A stretch of 63,953 bases of DNA, filler included, from Welwitschia mirabilis (taxonomy: Eukaryota), in assembly GCA_051453625.1 (NCBI GenBank). It is 5 parts of one record of this genome, joined end to end, with 100 filler letters (N's around TTAATTAATTAA, not from the genome) between each part and the next. Parts side by side here need not be neighbours in the genome. Positions count along the whole stretch, not along the records: positions 1 to 12,113 come from JBOZIK010000001.1; 4 more parts are not named here. One strand, given 5' to 3'. Of this stretch, positions 1-12,213 are shown in pieces. The notes under the pieces were generated by a model. The model ran no database searches. It was not told where the DNA came from and was given only the letters and a program-made list of their open reading frames with translations. Numbering within the stretch: the first letter of the stretch is position 1; every line of letters begins with the position of its first letter. The position numbers and the translations under genes are program-made.

Positions 1-2996
1 TTTTAACCTTTCCCATTTTCTAAGGTTATAAAGCTTACTAGATTATGGGAAACATTGTGAACTAGCATATCTTCACAAGGGGTTGGAATAAAGACCACAT
101 AATTGATTTTACAAGTAATTTCCAAGAACATAGTTGAATATACTTGAAAATGGTTGAAAAACCTTCAATTTCATAAACCAAGATATCTCAATAACCTTAT
201 TGTTTCATCTAAAACCAAAATAAGTTTAGACTAATAAATCCAAAATTGCAACAAAGTAATCTTTTTCTCCAAACTATGACACTTGCCTCTCAGGTTGTTG
301 TGTAGAAATTTCCTAAGTATGAGCTCATAAGTCTCTATACTCTTTTGTTGTGTGTTTTTCTTTAATGCTTTTTCAACACTTCCAGTTGTATAATCTAGTT
401 AAGTTTTCCACTTCAAAATACAATATATCATCCTAAACTCTAATAAGTTAAGATATAAGTCCAAAGTTNNNNNNNNNNNNNNNNNNNNNNNNNNNNNNNN
501 NNNNNNNNNNNNNNNNNNNNNNNNNNNNNNNNNNNNNNNNNNNNNNNNNNNNNNNNNNNNNNNNNNNNNNNNNNNNNNNNNNNNNNNNNNNNNNNNNNNN
601 NNNNNNNNNNNNNNNNNNNNNNNNNNNNNNNNNNNNNNNNNNNNNNNNNNNNNNNNNNNNNNNNNNNNNNNNNNNNNNNNNNNNNNNNNNNNNNNNNNNN
701 NNNNNNNNNNNNNNNNNNNNNNNNNNNNNNNNNNNNNNNNNNNNNNNNNNNNNNNNNNNNNNNNNNNNNNNNNNNNNNNNNNNNNNNNNNNNNNNNNNNN
801 NNNNNNNNNNNNNNNNNNNNNNNNNNNNNNNNNNNNNNNNNNNNNNNNNNNNNNNNNNNNNNNNNNNNNNNNNNNNNNNNNNNNNNNNNNNNNNNNNNNN
901 NNNNNNNNNNNNNNNNNNNNNNNNNNNNNNNNNNNNNNNNNNNNNNNNNNNNNNNNNNNNNNNNNNNNNNNNNNNNNNNNNNNNNNNNNNNNNNNNNNNN
1001 NNNNNNNNNNNNNNNNNNNNNNNNNNNNNNNNNNNNNNNNNNNNNNNNNNNNNNNNNNNNNNNNNNNNNNNNNNNNNNNNNNNNNNNNNNNNNNNNNNNN
1101 NNNNNNNNNNNNNNNNNNNNNNNNNNNNNNNNNNNNNNNNNNNNNNNNNNNNNNNNNNNNNNNNNNNNNNNNNNNNNNNNNNNNNNNNNNNNNNNNNNNN
1201 NNNNNNNNNNNNNNNNNNNNNNNNNNNNNNNNNNNNNNNNNNNNNNNNNNNNNNNNNNNNNNNNNNNNNNNNNNNNNNNNNNNNNNNNNNNNNNNNNNNN
1301 NNNNNNNNNNNNNNNNNNNNNNNNNNNNNNNNNNNNNNNNNNNNNNNNNNNNNNNNNNNNNNNNNNNNNNNNNNNNNNNNNNNNNNNNNNNNNNNNNNNN
1401 NNNNNNAATAGAACTACAACTTCCCTTCGTTCCAATATGGATGTAAGCTACATCTGAAATTTCTATGTTAAAAAGGAATTGGGTCTTAGAGTAACCTATA
1501 TTAAAAAGTTTCCCTATAAATGTGTATAAACAACTTGAAAATAATGCAATCATAATGTTTACTTCAAATTTTAGGGCTTACATGAGTCTTTTATGGAATA
1601 TTAAAATATGCCTACTAATCATGAACAAAGTGTCAACCATTGCATTAAAGCTCCCATATCAAAAATTCATTGTAACAGCTTAATGTTGCATTATCACTTT
1701 TAAATCATTTGATAGTTTAATATAGCATAAACATGCACCATCAGTATTATGTCATATCAATCGTTTTATGGAGCTTAAACATTTCTAAGTTACTTGATTA
1801 CTCAGAATGATTTATGACAGAGTAGACAGAAACTGGAAGGCATTCTAGCAAGCTCTACTAGGCAACCATGGATGTTAAAACACCTTTAATTTATTATATT
1901 TAGCAAACTACATCATCCATAACTAAGTGTCATACCATCAGCTACAACATCAATTGCACTTCATAGTACATACAATGAAAGATTCGTGCATGTACATCCC
2001 AATATGGAAAAGGAATATTTCAATTACATTAAAAACACCTCCTATACTAGAGCCCGAGGTTTCAAAAGAAGGAATGCTATTATTCTAAATAGGACATAGA
2101 AAATACATTAAAGGAATGCTATTAAATTTGTAACCATTCTATATAAGCTCTTTCATNNNNNNNNNNCTAGTCAAATGGTCCTTTGCATATTAGAGCACAT
2201 AAGAAATGTAATCTACATAAAGCACAAGGCATTGTATTTCGATGAGTTGCAACAAAAAGGACTCTAAAGCTTCTCATAATCTACAGAATTATTTCACAAA
2301 GCAAGCCAATGGTCCTCACAAGGCATTAAGAAAGGTTTGTTCTATTCAGACATGGCAACAACAACACAATGCAACCTAGTTCATGCACCAATATGTGATA
2401 CATCTAGAGCAATAGAATGGCATCAATAGTAGTAAAGACATAAAGACTTAGTGATAAATTCCTCCTTCTTTAGCCAGAATCTAACTTAATACTAAACATG
2501 GTTTTGTTCTTTTACTAAAAGATGCTTTCCAATTGCCTCCTTTAGGATCCATGGATTGGGATTCACTACCACAATCCAAGAAGGTTTTCTTATCTCAAAT
2601 TCTCTCTAGAAGTTATTANNNNNNNNNNNNNNNNNNNNNNNNNNNNNNNNNNNNNNNNNNNNNNNNNNNNNNNNNNNNNNNNNNNNNNNNNNNNNNNNNN
2701 NNNNNNNNNNNNNNNNNNNNNNNNNNNNNNNNNNNNNNNNNNNNNNNNNNNNNNNNNNNNNNNNNNNNNNNNNNNNNNNNNNNNNNNNNNNNNNNNNNNN
2801 NNNNNNNNNNNNNNNNNNNNNNNNNNNNNNNNNNNNNNNNNNNNNNNNNNNNNNNNNNNNNNNNNNNNNNNNNNNNNNNNNNNNNNNNNNNNNNNNNNNN
2901 NNNNNNNNNNNNNNNNNNCAAAGTCATATCAGTTTGAATTTTGAGTTGCATGCAAACTGCAAGTTAACGCCCCAACATCACTGTAGTTAAAGTTTC

Positions 2997-3508
2997 CTTA
3001 TCGTATCCGTAATCATTCCAAACCGAGGTTAAATTGTCAGCGATCTTTGAAAAGTCCATTCTCTAAGATACATCTGGTTCACTACCACACCCATGTCCTC
3101 TAGGCATCCAAAGATCGGATTGAATGTTTGTTTCCACGTCGTCAAAAGAAGAAATAGGACATCCTCGTGGCATCTGTATCCCTAAGATGAGNNNNNNNNN
3201 NNNNNNNNNNNNNNNNNNNNNNNNNNNNNNNNNNNNNNNNNNNNNNNNNNNNNNNNNNNNNNNNNNNNNNNNNNNNNNNNNNNCAAATGAGGTCCTCTTC
3301 CTTCTCCCTTTCTCGGCTCAGAGTCTGCAACTCCAGGTATCAAGTTGGGTTGTCTTATGAGCTTCACAGCCTGTCCTCGTGGAAGCCTCATGCTCTCGAG
3401 CAACCGCGGTAACACATTGGATGAAAACGAGGCAAGCGAGTGGCAGATTAGAAACAGCAAAAACACCACAGAGACTTTCATTTTAAACAAAGTAATCAAG
3501 TTTGCCAT
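2997..3508 (-). pseudogene. Serine carboxypeptidase-like (peptidase S10, SCPL48/49/CBP3-type) 5' coding region, disrupted
   Basis: Signal-peptide-like MKVSVVFLLFLICHSLA, then RLPRGQAVKLIRQPNLIP (cf. QAERLIRxLNLxP propeptide). After the gap: HLRDTDATRMSYFFF* and, across frameshifts, LWMPRGHGCGSE and ENGLF-KIADNLTSVWNDYGYDK (cf. ARMFYFFFESR..WLTGGPGCSSE..ENGPFKIxxNxSLxWNDYGWDK). In-frame TGA at 3142-3144. Confidence 0.85.
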
Positions 3509-5310
3509 AAGATTTTGAAAAAAGGAAGTCCAATATANNNNNNNNNNNNNNNNNNNNNNNNNNNNNNNNNNNNNNNNNNNNNNNNNNNNNNNNNNNNNNN
3601 NNNNNNNNNNNNNNNNNNNAAAGAAATTTTTAGCAGTGTGCAAGAAGAAGTGAGAGAGCTCGGTGAAACCTTGGCAGAATGATTTTAGAGCGGAAGTGAT
3701 GTATGCAGAAAATTTAATGAGGATGAGCCTCTATTTTCTCATCAAGTATTGCTCATAGCAGATAATACATAAAATAGAGGACTTTGGTAGTCGAAGAATC
3801 AAAGAAATCTAATACCATAGATGGCGACTTTACTTAATGACAAACGCAGAGGCAGCAGTGGTTTTTCTCTTGTGGCTTGTCCTGCCCATGTCTAATCTCT
3901 TTGCNNNNNNNNNNNNNNNNNNNNNNNNNNNNNNNNNNNNNNNNNNNNNNNNNNNNNNNNNNNNNNNNNNNNNNNNNNNNNNNNNNNNNNNNNNNNNNNN
4001 NNNNNNNNNNNNNNNNNNNNNNNNNNNNNNNNNNNNNNNNNNNNNNNNNNNNNNNNNNNNNNNNNNNNNNNNNNNNNNNNNNNNNNNNNNNNNNNNNNNN
4101 NNNNNNNNNNNNNNNNNNNNNNNNNNNNNNNNNNNNNNNNNNNNNNNNNNNNNNNNNNNNNNNNNNNNNNNNNNNNNNNNNNNNNNNNNNNNNNNNNNNN
4201 NNNNNNNNNNNNNNNNNNNNNNNNNNNNNNNNNNNNNNNAAAATGCTGGAATCCTAAAGTTTTGAAGTAATCGAATTCATTCCTATAGGAGATCTATAAG
4301 ATGACAGATCATGCAAAGAACTCTAGAAAGATCAAACGCAGAAAAAACGGAGGACTTTGAAACATTTTTAGCCTATTTGTTGGCACCCCCCATTCTGCCT
4401 CAGTGGATGCAAAAGCCACTAAAGCCCCAAGCAGAAGAGGAAAAATTGAATTGCACTATTGTAAAAATCTGAGGAATGAATTTCCTTGANNNNNNNNNNN
4501 NNNNNNNNNNNNNNNNNNNNNNNNNNNNNNNNNNNNNNNNNNNNNNNNNNNNNNNNNNNNNNNNNNNNNNNNNNNNNNNNNNNNNNNNNNNNNNNNNNNN
4601 NNNNNNNNNNNNNNNNNNNNNNNNNNNNNNNNNNNNNNNNNNNNNNNNNNNNNNNNNNNNNNNNNNNNNNNNNNNNNNNNNNNNNNNNNNNNNNNNNNNN
4701 NNNNNNNNNNNNNNNNNNNNNNNNNNNNNNNNNNNNNNNNNNNNNNNNNNNNNNNNNNNNNNNNNNNNNNNNNNNNNNNNNNNNNNNNNNNNNNNNNNNN
4801 NNNNNNNNNNNNNNNNNNNNNNNNNNNNNNNNNNNNNNNNNNNNNNNNNNNNNNNNNNNNNNNNNNNNNNNNNNNNNNNNNNNNNNNNNNNNNNNNNNNN
4901 NNNNNNNNNNNNNNNNNNNNNNNNNNNNNNNNNNNNNNNNNNNNNNNNNNNNNNNNNNNNNNNNNNNNNNNNNNNNNNNNNNNNNNNNNNNNNNNNNNNN
5001 NNNNNNNNNNNNNNNNNNNNNNNNNNNNNNNNNNNNNNNNNNNNNNNNNNNNNNNNNNNNNNNNNNNNNNNNNNNNNNNNNNNNNNNNNNNNNNNNNNNN
5101 NNNNNNNNNNNNNNNNNNNNNNNNNNNNNNNNNNNNNNNNNNNNNNNNNNNNNNNNNNNNNNNNNNNNNNNNNNNNNNNNNNNNNNNNNNNNNNNNNNNN
5201 NNNNNNNNNNNNNNNNNNNNNNNNNNNNNNNNNNNNNNNNNNNNNNNNNNNNNNNNNNNNNNNNNNNNNNNNNNNNNNNNNNNNNNNNNNNNNNNNNNNN
5301 NNNNNNNNNN

Positions 5311-8300
5311 GAGTAATCATTAAATAGATCAACCTTCTAATCAATCATCGATAGCGCTCCAGATCATCCATAACCACCCTGTTACACAAGGCGAGTTGGT
5401 GATTTTGTTCAGTCAAAACTCTGCCAATTTTGCACCCAATAACCTTTAAGAAAATACCATCTTTCCCTCGATCCACTTTAATTCTAAGAAAATATTTAAG
5501 AACTCCTAAATCTTTCATATGAAAACACTTATTGAGATAATCTTTGAATCATGCCACAACATCGGAATCATTATCAGTGATAAGCAAATCATCGACATAT
5601 ATAAGAACATTCAACCGCACCTTCCCTTTAGTCAAAACAAACAAAGAATAATCCAAATAAGATTAAGAAAATCTAGACCATCGAAGTACCATCTTTAATT
5701 TAGAGAACCAACATCTCAGAGCCTGTCGTAGGCCATAAAGCAATTTTCACAATTTATAGAATTTACCTACGGGAGTAGAAAATCCAGGAGGCAATTTCAT
5801 ATAGACTCTTCATTTAACTCACCATGCAAAAATGCATTGTGAACATCCATTTGATGTAATTCCCATCTTAGAGATGCTCCTACTGCTAGAAAAATATGCA
5901 CAGTCACCATATTCAACATAGAAGCAAAAGTCTCTTTATAATCGAGGCCTTTAATCTGCTGGTTTCTAAGAACCACCAACTGGGCTTTGTATCTTTTTAC
6001 CATTCAATCAAAGTTATATTTAATTTTATAGATCCACTTGCAACTGATGGCTTTCTTGCCTACTGGTAAAGATGCAAGAGTCCATGTACCATTATCTTTA
6101 AGAGCTTTAATCTTCTTGCCCATGGCTTCCTGCCATCGACTCTCCTTTACCACCTCTGCATAATGATTAAGTTCGACACCCGTAGTCATGGCCGCTAGAA
6201 ATCTGCAATGATTTGAAGAAAATTTTGCATAGGTCACATAGTTAGCAATGGGATAAGGCGTACTTGAGGACTTTGATGATGGGGGATGTTTCACAATTCG
6301 AGAGTCACATAATCTCTTAGTTTTACATTCGGTTCTCAATGTCGACGCCCTCGACCAAGTTCTTTCATGGTTCCACTCATAGGGTCTGTTCCCAGTTCAA
6401 GTGTGGCATCTCCTACTATAGGTTCACTCGATGACACCTCCTCGATGTCGCTTCCCCTAGCGTCGAGCACAGATGATTCGGGCGGAGCCACCTTAGTCCC
6501 ATCACCAGCGTCGCTCCCCTTATCATCATCGTCATCACACATAATATCATGCCCAGGCACCATCTCAATCGTAGGTTAAGCACTATCCAAATCAGAGAAC
6601 GAAAACACATCTTCATAGAAAATTACATCCCGAGAAATAAAATATTCCTGTGTAGATAAATCAAAAACTCGCCAACCCTTTTTACCATATAGGTATCCCA
6701 CAAAAATACACTTCCTACTTCGCTCAAGAAATTTATCTTTATCGCATACCTAATAATGTACATAGCACAAACTACCGAAAACCTTCAAATTCTTGTAATT
6801 TGGCACTTGTCCAAATAAAACCTTATAAGGTGTTTTTCCATCGAGGACCTTGGTGGGTGTCCGATTTATCAAATACCCTGTAGTCAGAACACATTCGCCC
6901 CAAAATTTAATGGATAGATGCGCTTGAAATCTCAAAGTGCGAGCCACATTTAAAATATATCTTTGCTTCCTTTCAACTCTACCATTCTGTTGAGGTGTCC
7001 CTATACAGGACATNNNNNNNNNNNNNNNNNNNNNNNNNNNNNNNNNNNNNNNNNNNNNNNNNNNNNNNNNNNNNNNNNNNNNNNNNNNNNNNNNNNNNNN
7101 NNNNNNNNNNNNNNNNNNNNNNNNNNNNNNNNNNNNNNNNNNNNNNNNNNNNNNNNNNNNNNNNNNNNNNNNNNNNNNNNNNNNNNNNNNNNNNNNNNNN
7201 NNNNNNNNNNNNNNNNNNNNNNNNNNNNNNNNNNNNNNNNNNNNNNNNNNNNNNNNNNNNNNNNNNNNNNNNNNNNNNNNNNNNNNNNNNNNNNNNNNNN
7301 NNNNNNNNNNNNNNNNNNNNNNNNNNNNNNNNNNNNNNNNNNNNNNNNNNNNNNNNNNNNNNNNNNNNNNNNNNNNNNNNNNNNNNNNNNNNNNNNNNNN
7401 NNNNNNNNNNNNNNNNNNNNNNNNNNNNNNNNNNNNNNNNNNNNNNNNNNNNNNNNNNNNNNNNNNNNNNNNNNNNNNNNNNNNNNNNNNNNNNNNNNNN
7501 NNNNNNNNNNNNNNNNNNNNNNNNNNNNNNNNNNNNNNNNNNNNNNNNNNNNNNNNNNNNNNNNNNNNNNNNNNNNNNNNNNNNNNNNNNNNNNNNNNNN
7601 NNNNNNNNNNNNNNNNNNNNNNNNNNNNNNNNNNNNNNNNNNNNNNNNNNNNNNNNNNNNNNNNNNNNNNNNNNNNNNNNNNNNNNNNNNNNNNNNNNNN
7701 NNNNNNNNNNNNNNNNNNNNNNNNNNNNNNNNNNNNNNNNNNNNNNNNNNNNNNNNNNNNNNNNNNNNNNNNNNNNNNNNNNNNNNNNNNNNNNNNNNNN
7801 NNNNNNNNNNNNNNNNNNNNNNNNNNNNNNNNNNNNNNNNNNNNNNNNNNNNNNACCTGATACACAGTCAATAAATCATAGTGAATTAAAGCAAAACAAT
7901 TTTGTGCTCTATTATCAGAAATAACAAGATTCTCACGAGTTTGTTTGGCTTGAAAACACACATTACAAGCCCAGAAATAAAGCTCCTTTTTATTCTTACT
8001 AATATCAACTATACCTGTAATTGCTTCATGAGAAGGATGTCCCAATCTTTTATGCCATAGCTCATATCCATCAATCTTCTTTACCTTATTTGCAACTGAC
8101 TGCTTTTATTCCTCGGAATAAGTATACCCCATTGCACTACTCACCTGCNNNNNNNNNNNNNNNNNNNNNNNNNNNNNNNNNNNNNNNNNNNNNNNNNNNN
8201 NNNNNNNNNNNNNNNNNNNNNNNNNNNNNNNNNNNNNNNNNNNNNNNNNNNNNNNNNNNNNNNNNNNNNNNNNNNNNNNNNNNNNNNNNNNNNNNNNNNN

Positions 8301-9530
8301 NNAAGTGACAATGTTTCTTCCTTTACTACCGAGGTATGTGTCCTATTTGGAAGTCCCACCAAACATGGTAAAATATCTTTTACGTCGGTCCAAAGTTGTA
8401 TCTTTCCGGTCATGTGCTGTAATGCTCCTGTATCTAAGATTCAATCATCATAGTCAGACTTACTAGCGATTTTTTTGGTTCCCCCATTCTTTGACCCATT
8501 TAAATGATTTAGCAGAGAGTTCCATTGTTTGGTGTTCAGTCTAGGAAAGCTACTTTTATCATCCTCTGTCACCTTAGTTTGTGGCTAGGAATTTACCATC
8601 TTCATGATATTAGCACGCAGGAATCAGTGCCCTTGGCCACCTCTGTTGGGGCCAACTCCTCCTAAGCCGTCGTGCCCTCTATTGCACCCTGCTCCTTGGC
8701 TGCCTTGTGGTCTTCCATTTGGTCATCACTCAGGATATTCAATCACCTTGAACTACTCCTTTACCTCGTTCCCCACTTTTCCACAATGCGAACAAGTCGT
8801 ATTCTTGTTACGAACCTGGATTGCTGTCACTTTTTCCATGGCCCGAGCTGAGCTGCAAAAGCCACTGTGTCTCCTCTTTCTTCCTTTGCTCGAGTCATGC
8901 TCTGATGTCTCTCCTCTTGAATTACCATCGAGTAGACACACATTAAGCTGGGCAAAGAATCCACACTTAAGATATTTAAGCAAACGGTTCCATAGACTAC
9001 ATCATCCAGAGCCATCGAGAATTGATGAATCCATTCAATTTCTTATTTCTTGGTCAATTCCGTTGTGATGTTGCATGTACACCTGCTGCAACAACACACT
9101 AGAATGAGGTCATAGTCTACCAACTCATCCCATNNNNNNNNNNNNNNNNNNNNNNNNNNNCCCATAGGCTAGTCATCCTAATGGAATTTAGCTAAGTCTG
9201 CCTTGAGTTGTTAAACTTGCGGCCCATTCTCCATCAAGAATCTTTTACGCAAGTCCCTCCACAAGTCCCTTACGTTCTCAACATAAGTTATGATCGAACG
9301 TATGCTTGGTTCGATCATGTTGGATATCCAAGCCATGATCCTCGAGTTCACCATTAACCAATCTTTAATTTCTAGTGAATCATCTAATGGTCGCTTCAAC
9401 GTTCCTTCAACGAAGCCGATCTTTCTCTTCACTTGAAAAGAATTCTTCATATTCATGCTCCACTCTTAGTAGTTTTCATCACAAAGATGCACTAAGCAAA
9501 TTAGCATCCCCGAGTTATCCGAGGAGCTCA
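5311..9530 (-). pseudogene. Copia gag-pol, disrupted by stops, frameshifts and gaps
   Basis: Gag (KRKIGFVEGT..WISNMIEPSI), zinc knuckle CSHCGKVGNEVKE, protease (ILDTGA), integrase (MGHPS..CNVC, TPQQNGRVERK, LINRTPT), RT (KKAISCKWIYKIK, LHQMDVHNAFLHGEL, LIYVDDLLI near 5590). Confidence 0.92.
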
Positions 9531-9651
9531 GGTAATACGACGATTACACGACCTTGCTACCCTCGCCGCCGTTCGTCCCATTGTTTCCTTTGTCCGTTAT
9601 GGTAGAGAACAACAATTTTTGATCTGGTATCTAGGGGTCCTAAGCGTTCTA

Positions 9652-9662
9652 CTCTGATACCA
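9652..9662 (-). promoter_or_regulatory. Primer-binding site, tRNA-iMet type
   Basis: Minus strand reads CA|TGGTATCAGAG directly after the middle LTR. Confidence 0.9.
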
Positions 9663-9816
9663 TGTAAAATCTGAGGAATGAATTTTGTTGATTACGACCA
9701 TCATACATTTGTAATGCTTAAATAGTAAAAATGTATAAACAACTGCCTAATCCTACCATTACATCCACTAACATGGCCATTACAAGCACTAATCCACTAA
9801 CAGGGCCATTACAAGT
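9663..9816 (-). repeat. Middle copia LTR (cut by gap)
   Basis: Colinear with 4460-4489 and 10655-10830; contains atccactaacagggccattac subrepeats. Confidence 0.9.
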
Positions 9817-9916
9817 NNNNNNNNNNNNNNNNNNNNNNNNNNNNNNNNNNNNNNNNNNNNNNNNNNNNNNNNNNNNNNNNNNNNNNNNNNNNNNNNNNNN
9901 NNNNNNNNNNNNNNNN

Positions 9917-10643
9917 GGTGCAATTTAAATCTCACATCATTTGAGCAATAGATATGAGTGTGTAGGTTAAATGAGGAACAAATAAAACATTATAAAGAAA
10001 AATGTTGTTTTCAAGTGATAATGTTCCTTCCTTCACTGCTGAGGTATGTGTCCCATTTGGAAGTGCCACCAAACATGGTGAAATATCTTTTATGTTAGTC
10101 AAAAATTGGATCTTTCCGGTCATGTACTGCGATGCTCCTGTATCTAAGATCCAATCATCATAGTCAGACTTACTAGTGATTTCTTTGATTCCTCCATTCT
10201 TGTATCCATTCAAAAGATTCAGCAGAGAGTTTCATTGTTCAGTGTTCAGTCCTAGAAAGTTGCTTTTATCATCCTCCATCACCTTGGTTTGTGGCTGAGA
10301 ATTTTCCATTTGCATAATGTTAGCACACGAAAATCTGTGCCCTCGGCCATCTTTGTTGGTTTACCTCCTCTTGAGCTATCACGTCCTACTCTTTGGCCAT
10401 GTTGTGGTCTTTCATTTGATCACCACTTGGGATATCCGATCACCTTGAAGCACTCCTTTACCTCGTGTCCCACTTTTTCACAATGCAAACAACTCGCATT
10501 CTTGTTACGAACCTGGATTGCTACTGCTTTTGCCATGGCCCCGGGCTAAGTCGTAAAAGCCACCATGTCTCCTCTTTCTTCCTTTGCTTGAGTTATGATC
10601 TAATGTCTCTCGTCTTGAATCACCATCGAATAGACTTAACCCA
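9917..10643 (-). pseudogene. Second, internally deleted copia gag-end/protease copy
   Basis: Paralogous to ~8303-8935 (roughly 90% identical by eye over 100 bp). CLHCEKVGHEVKEC knuckle and WILDTGASQYMT. Starts directly after the PBS, lacking the gag 5' part. Confidence 0.9.
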
Positions 10644-10926
10644 CTCTGATACCATAATAAAATCTAAGGAATGAATTTCCTTTATTGATGACCATTGTAC
10701 ATTTGTGATGCTTAAATAGTAAAAATGCATAAACAACAAATCCACTAATAGGGCCATTACATCCACTAACAGGGTCGATAATCCACTAACAGAGCCAAGC
10801 ACTAATTTACTAATAGGGCCATTACAAAATCTTTCCCTATAATTACTCCTATCAATAATCTACAAGAAAATATAATATCTCCTAATAATATCTCCTAATA
10901 ATATACAAAATTTTTCCTTCCTAATA
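10644..10926 (-). repeat. Outer 5' copia LTR (10655-10926) with PBS (10644-10654)
   Basis: ctctgatacca then LTR; ends ctaata (CA>TA) followed by TSD ACTAT; short internal tandem repeats. Confidence 0.88.
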
Positions 10927-11679
10927 ACTATCGCTCCTCGTACAAGTGCATATATGAATTAGAAGTTTAGAATGAAAAAAAATCGGACTGAAATCACAAA
11001 AATTTCATTTTTTGGAAGAAAATGCACCTCTGCAAGGAAGATAGTATCTACAATGAATGAGCATGTCTGGTTGTCAATAGGGGTTGTTCTTGCGGTTCAT
11101 TCAGCCAAAAATTATTGACGAAGTAGCCCATGATGACTTGGCTAGTGCTAAGAAAGAATAAATCATTCATTGTGAATCCGTTTGTTTAGCAGACAAACAA
11201 TACAACAAAACCCATGGCTACAATTAAGTTAGGTTGAAATATTCGATGAACAACTGTTAATTATAGAAACGAGAAATTTAATCATAATACTTGAGTTTAA
11301 ACTTTAAGATGGTTTATTCTAACCTTCGTGAATGTTCCTGAAGTGAAGGAACTACACTCATAAGTTGTAGATCAAGCAAATGGAGAATTCAAAAGAGTAT
11401 TTATAAATATCACAGGTTTGGAGGAAAACAACGGAAAATCAAGAAAAAAAAAATAAAGGCTTGAAAAGCTTTTAAGTCAAGGACTGCGAAAGCGTCAAGA
11501 GCTAATGCAATTGACGTAGCTGATGATAAGATTGAAGATAATATTACCTTAGAATTCCTTCAAATGGAAGATACAAAGGAAGTCGATACAAACATTATAA
11601 AGTGTTAAACAGAAAAATAGAATACAATAGCAATAGAAACACAGAGCAATCGAATCAATAAAATGTAAACTTTATGGAA

Positions 11680-12113
11680 ACCATTTTCAGAAAAGTACCT
11701 GTCAACGTTATTGTACCATGCCCTCCATGCTTGCTTAAGTCCATCGAGCGCTTTTTGCAACTTGTACACCTTATGCTCCATTTCTTTTATCTCAAAGCCT
11801 TGGGGCTCTTATACATAAAGCTCCTCCTCAAGTTCATCNNNNNNNNNNNNNNNNNNNNNNNNNNNNNNNNNNNNNNNNNNNNNATTTTGAGTAGATAATG
11901 CTAAAACTATTCTAATGGTATCAATTCTAGAAACTGCTGCAAAGGTTTTAAAGAAATAAATACCTAACTGCTGTGCATAGCCTTTTACAACCAAGTGAGC
12001 TTTGTTTTGTTGGAAACTTTCATCCGAATTCATCTTTGACTTGTAGATCCACTTTAGCCCAAGAGCTTCTTTTCCTTGAGGTACATCCATCAACTTCCAA
12101 GTTTTGTTTTTTC
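11680..12113 (-). pseudogene. Isolated copia reverse-transcriptase fragment from a different family
   Basis: ALGLKWIYKSKMNSD..KAHLVVKGYAQQLGI..ELEEELYV*EPQGF..VYKLQKALDGLKQA.RAWY. Confidence 0.9.
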
Positions 12114-12213
12114 NNNNNNNNNNNNNNNNNNNNNNNNNNNNNNNNNNNNNNNNNNNNTTAATTAATTAANNNNNNNNNNNNNNNNNNNNNNNNNNNNNNN
12201 NNNNNNNNNNNNN
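12114..12213. other. Artificial scaffold linker
   Basis: 44 N + TTAATTAATTAA + 44 N; stop codons in all six frames. Confidence 0.97.

Larger units (their letters stand above)
4460..10926 (-). mobile_element. Ty1/copia LTR retrotransposon (Ale/Retrofit-like, short LTRs) with three LTRs
   Basis: Same LTR terminus (tgtaaaa(a)tctgaggaatgaattt) at 4460, 9663 and 10655. ACTAT direct repeat at 4455-4459 and 10927-10931. Order gag-PR-INT-RT on the minus strand. Lineage assignment is from memory of gag motifs and LTR length. Confidence 0.9.

Noticed and set aside
399..1553. Long ORFs filled with X, here and at 4.4-5.3, 7.0-7.9, 25.9-26.5, 34.6-35.5, 49.2-50.2 and 59.6-60.5 kb
   Set aside because: They are open only because N runs contain no stop codons.
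1790..1880. LITQND/YDRV peptide resembling a downstream SCPL exon
   Set aside because: It is on the opposite strand to the SCPL remnant, needs a frameshift and has no flanking similarity; probably chance.
6336..6616. Overlapping Ser-rich and acidic ORFs on both strands
   Set aside because: Low-complexity linker between copia integrase and RT, plus its antisense shadow.
8604..9068. 154-aa Pro-rich plus-strand ORF
   Set aside because: Antisense of the Gly/Arg-rich copia gag zinc-knuckle region.
12158..12169. Perfect palindrome TTAATTAATTAA recurring four times (12158, 35927, 58192, 60748)
   Set aside because: Always centred in exactly 44+44 N, so it is a synthetic six-frame-stop linker and not a biological repeat or CRISPR-like array.
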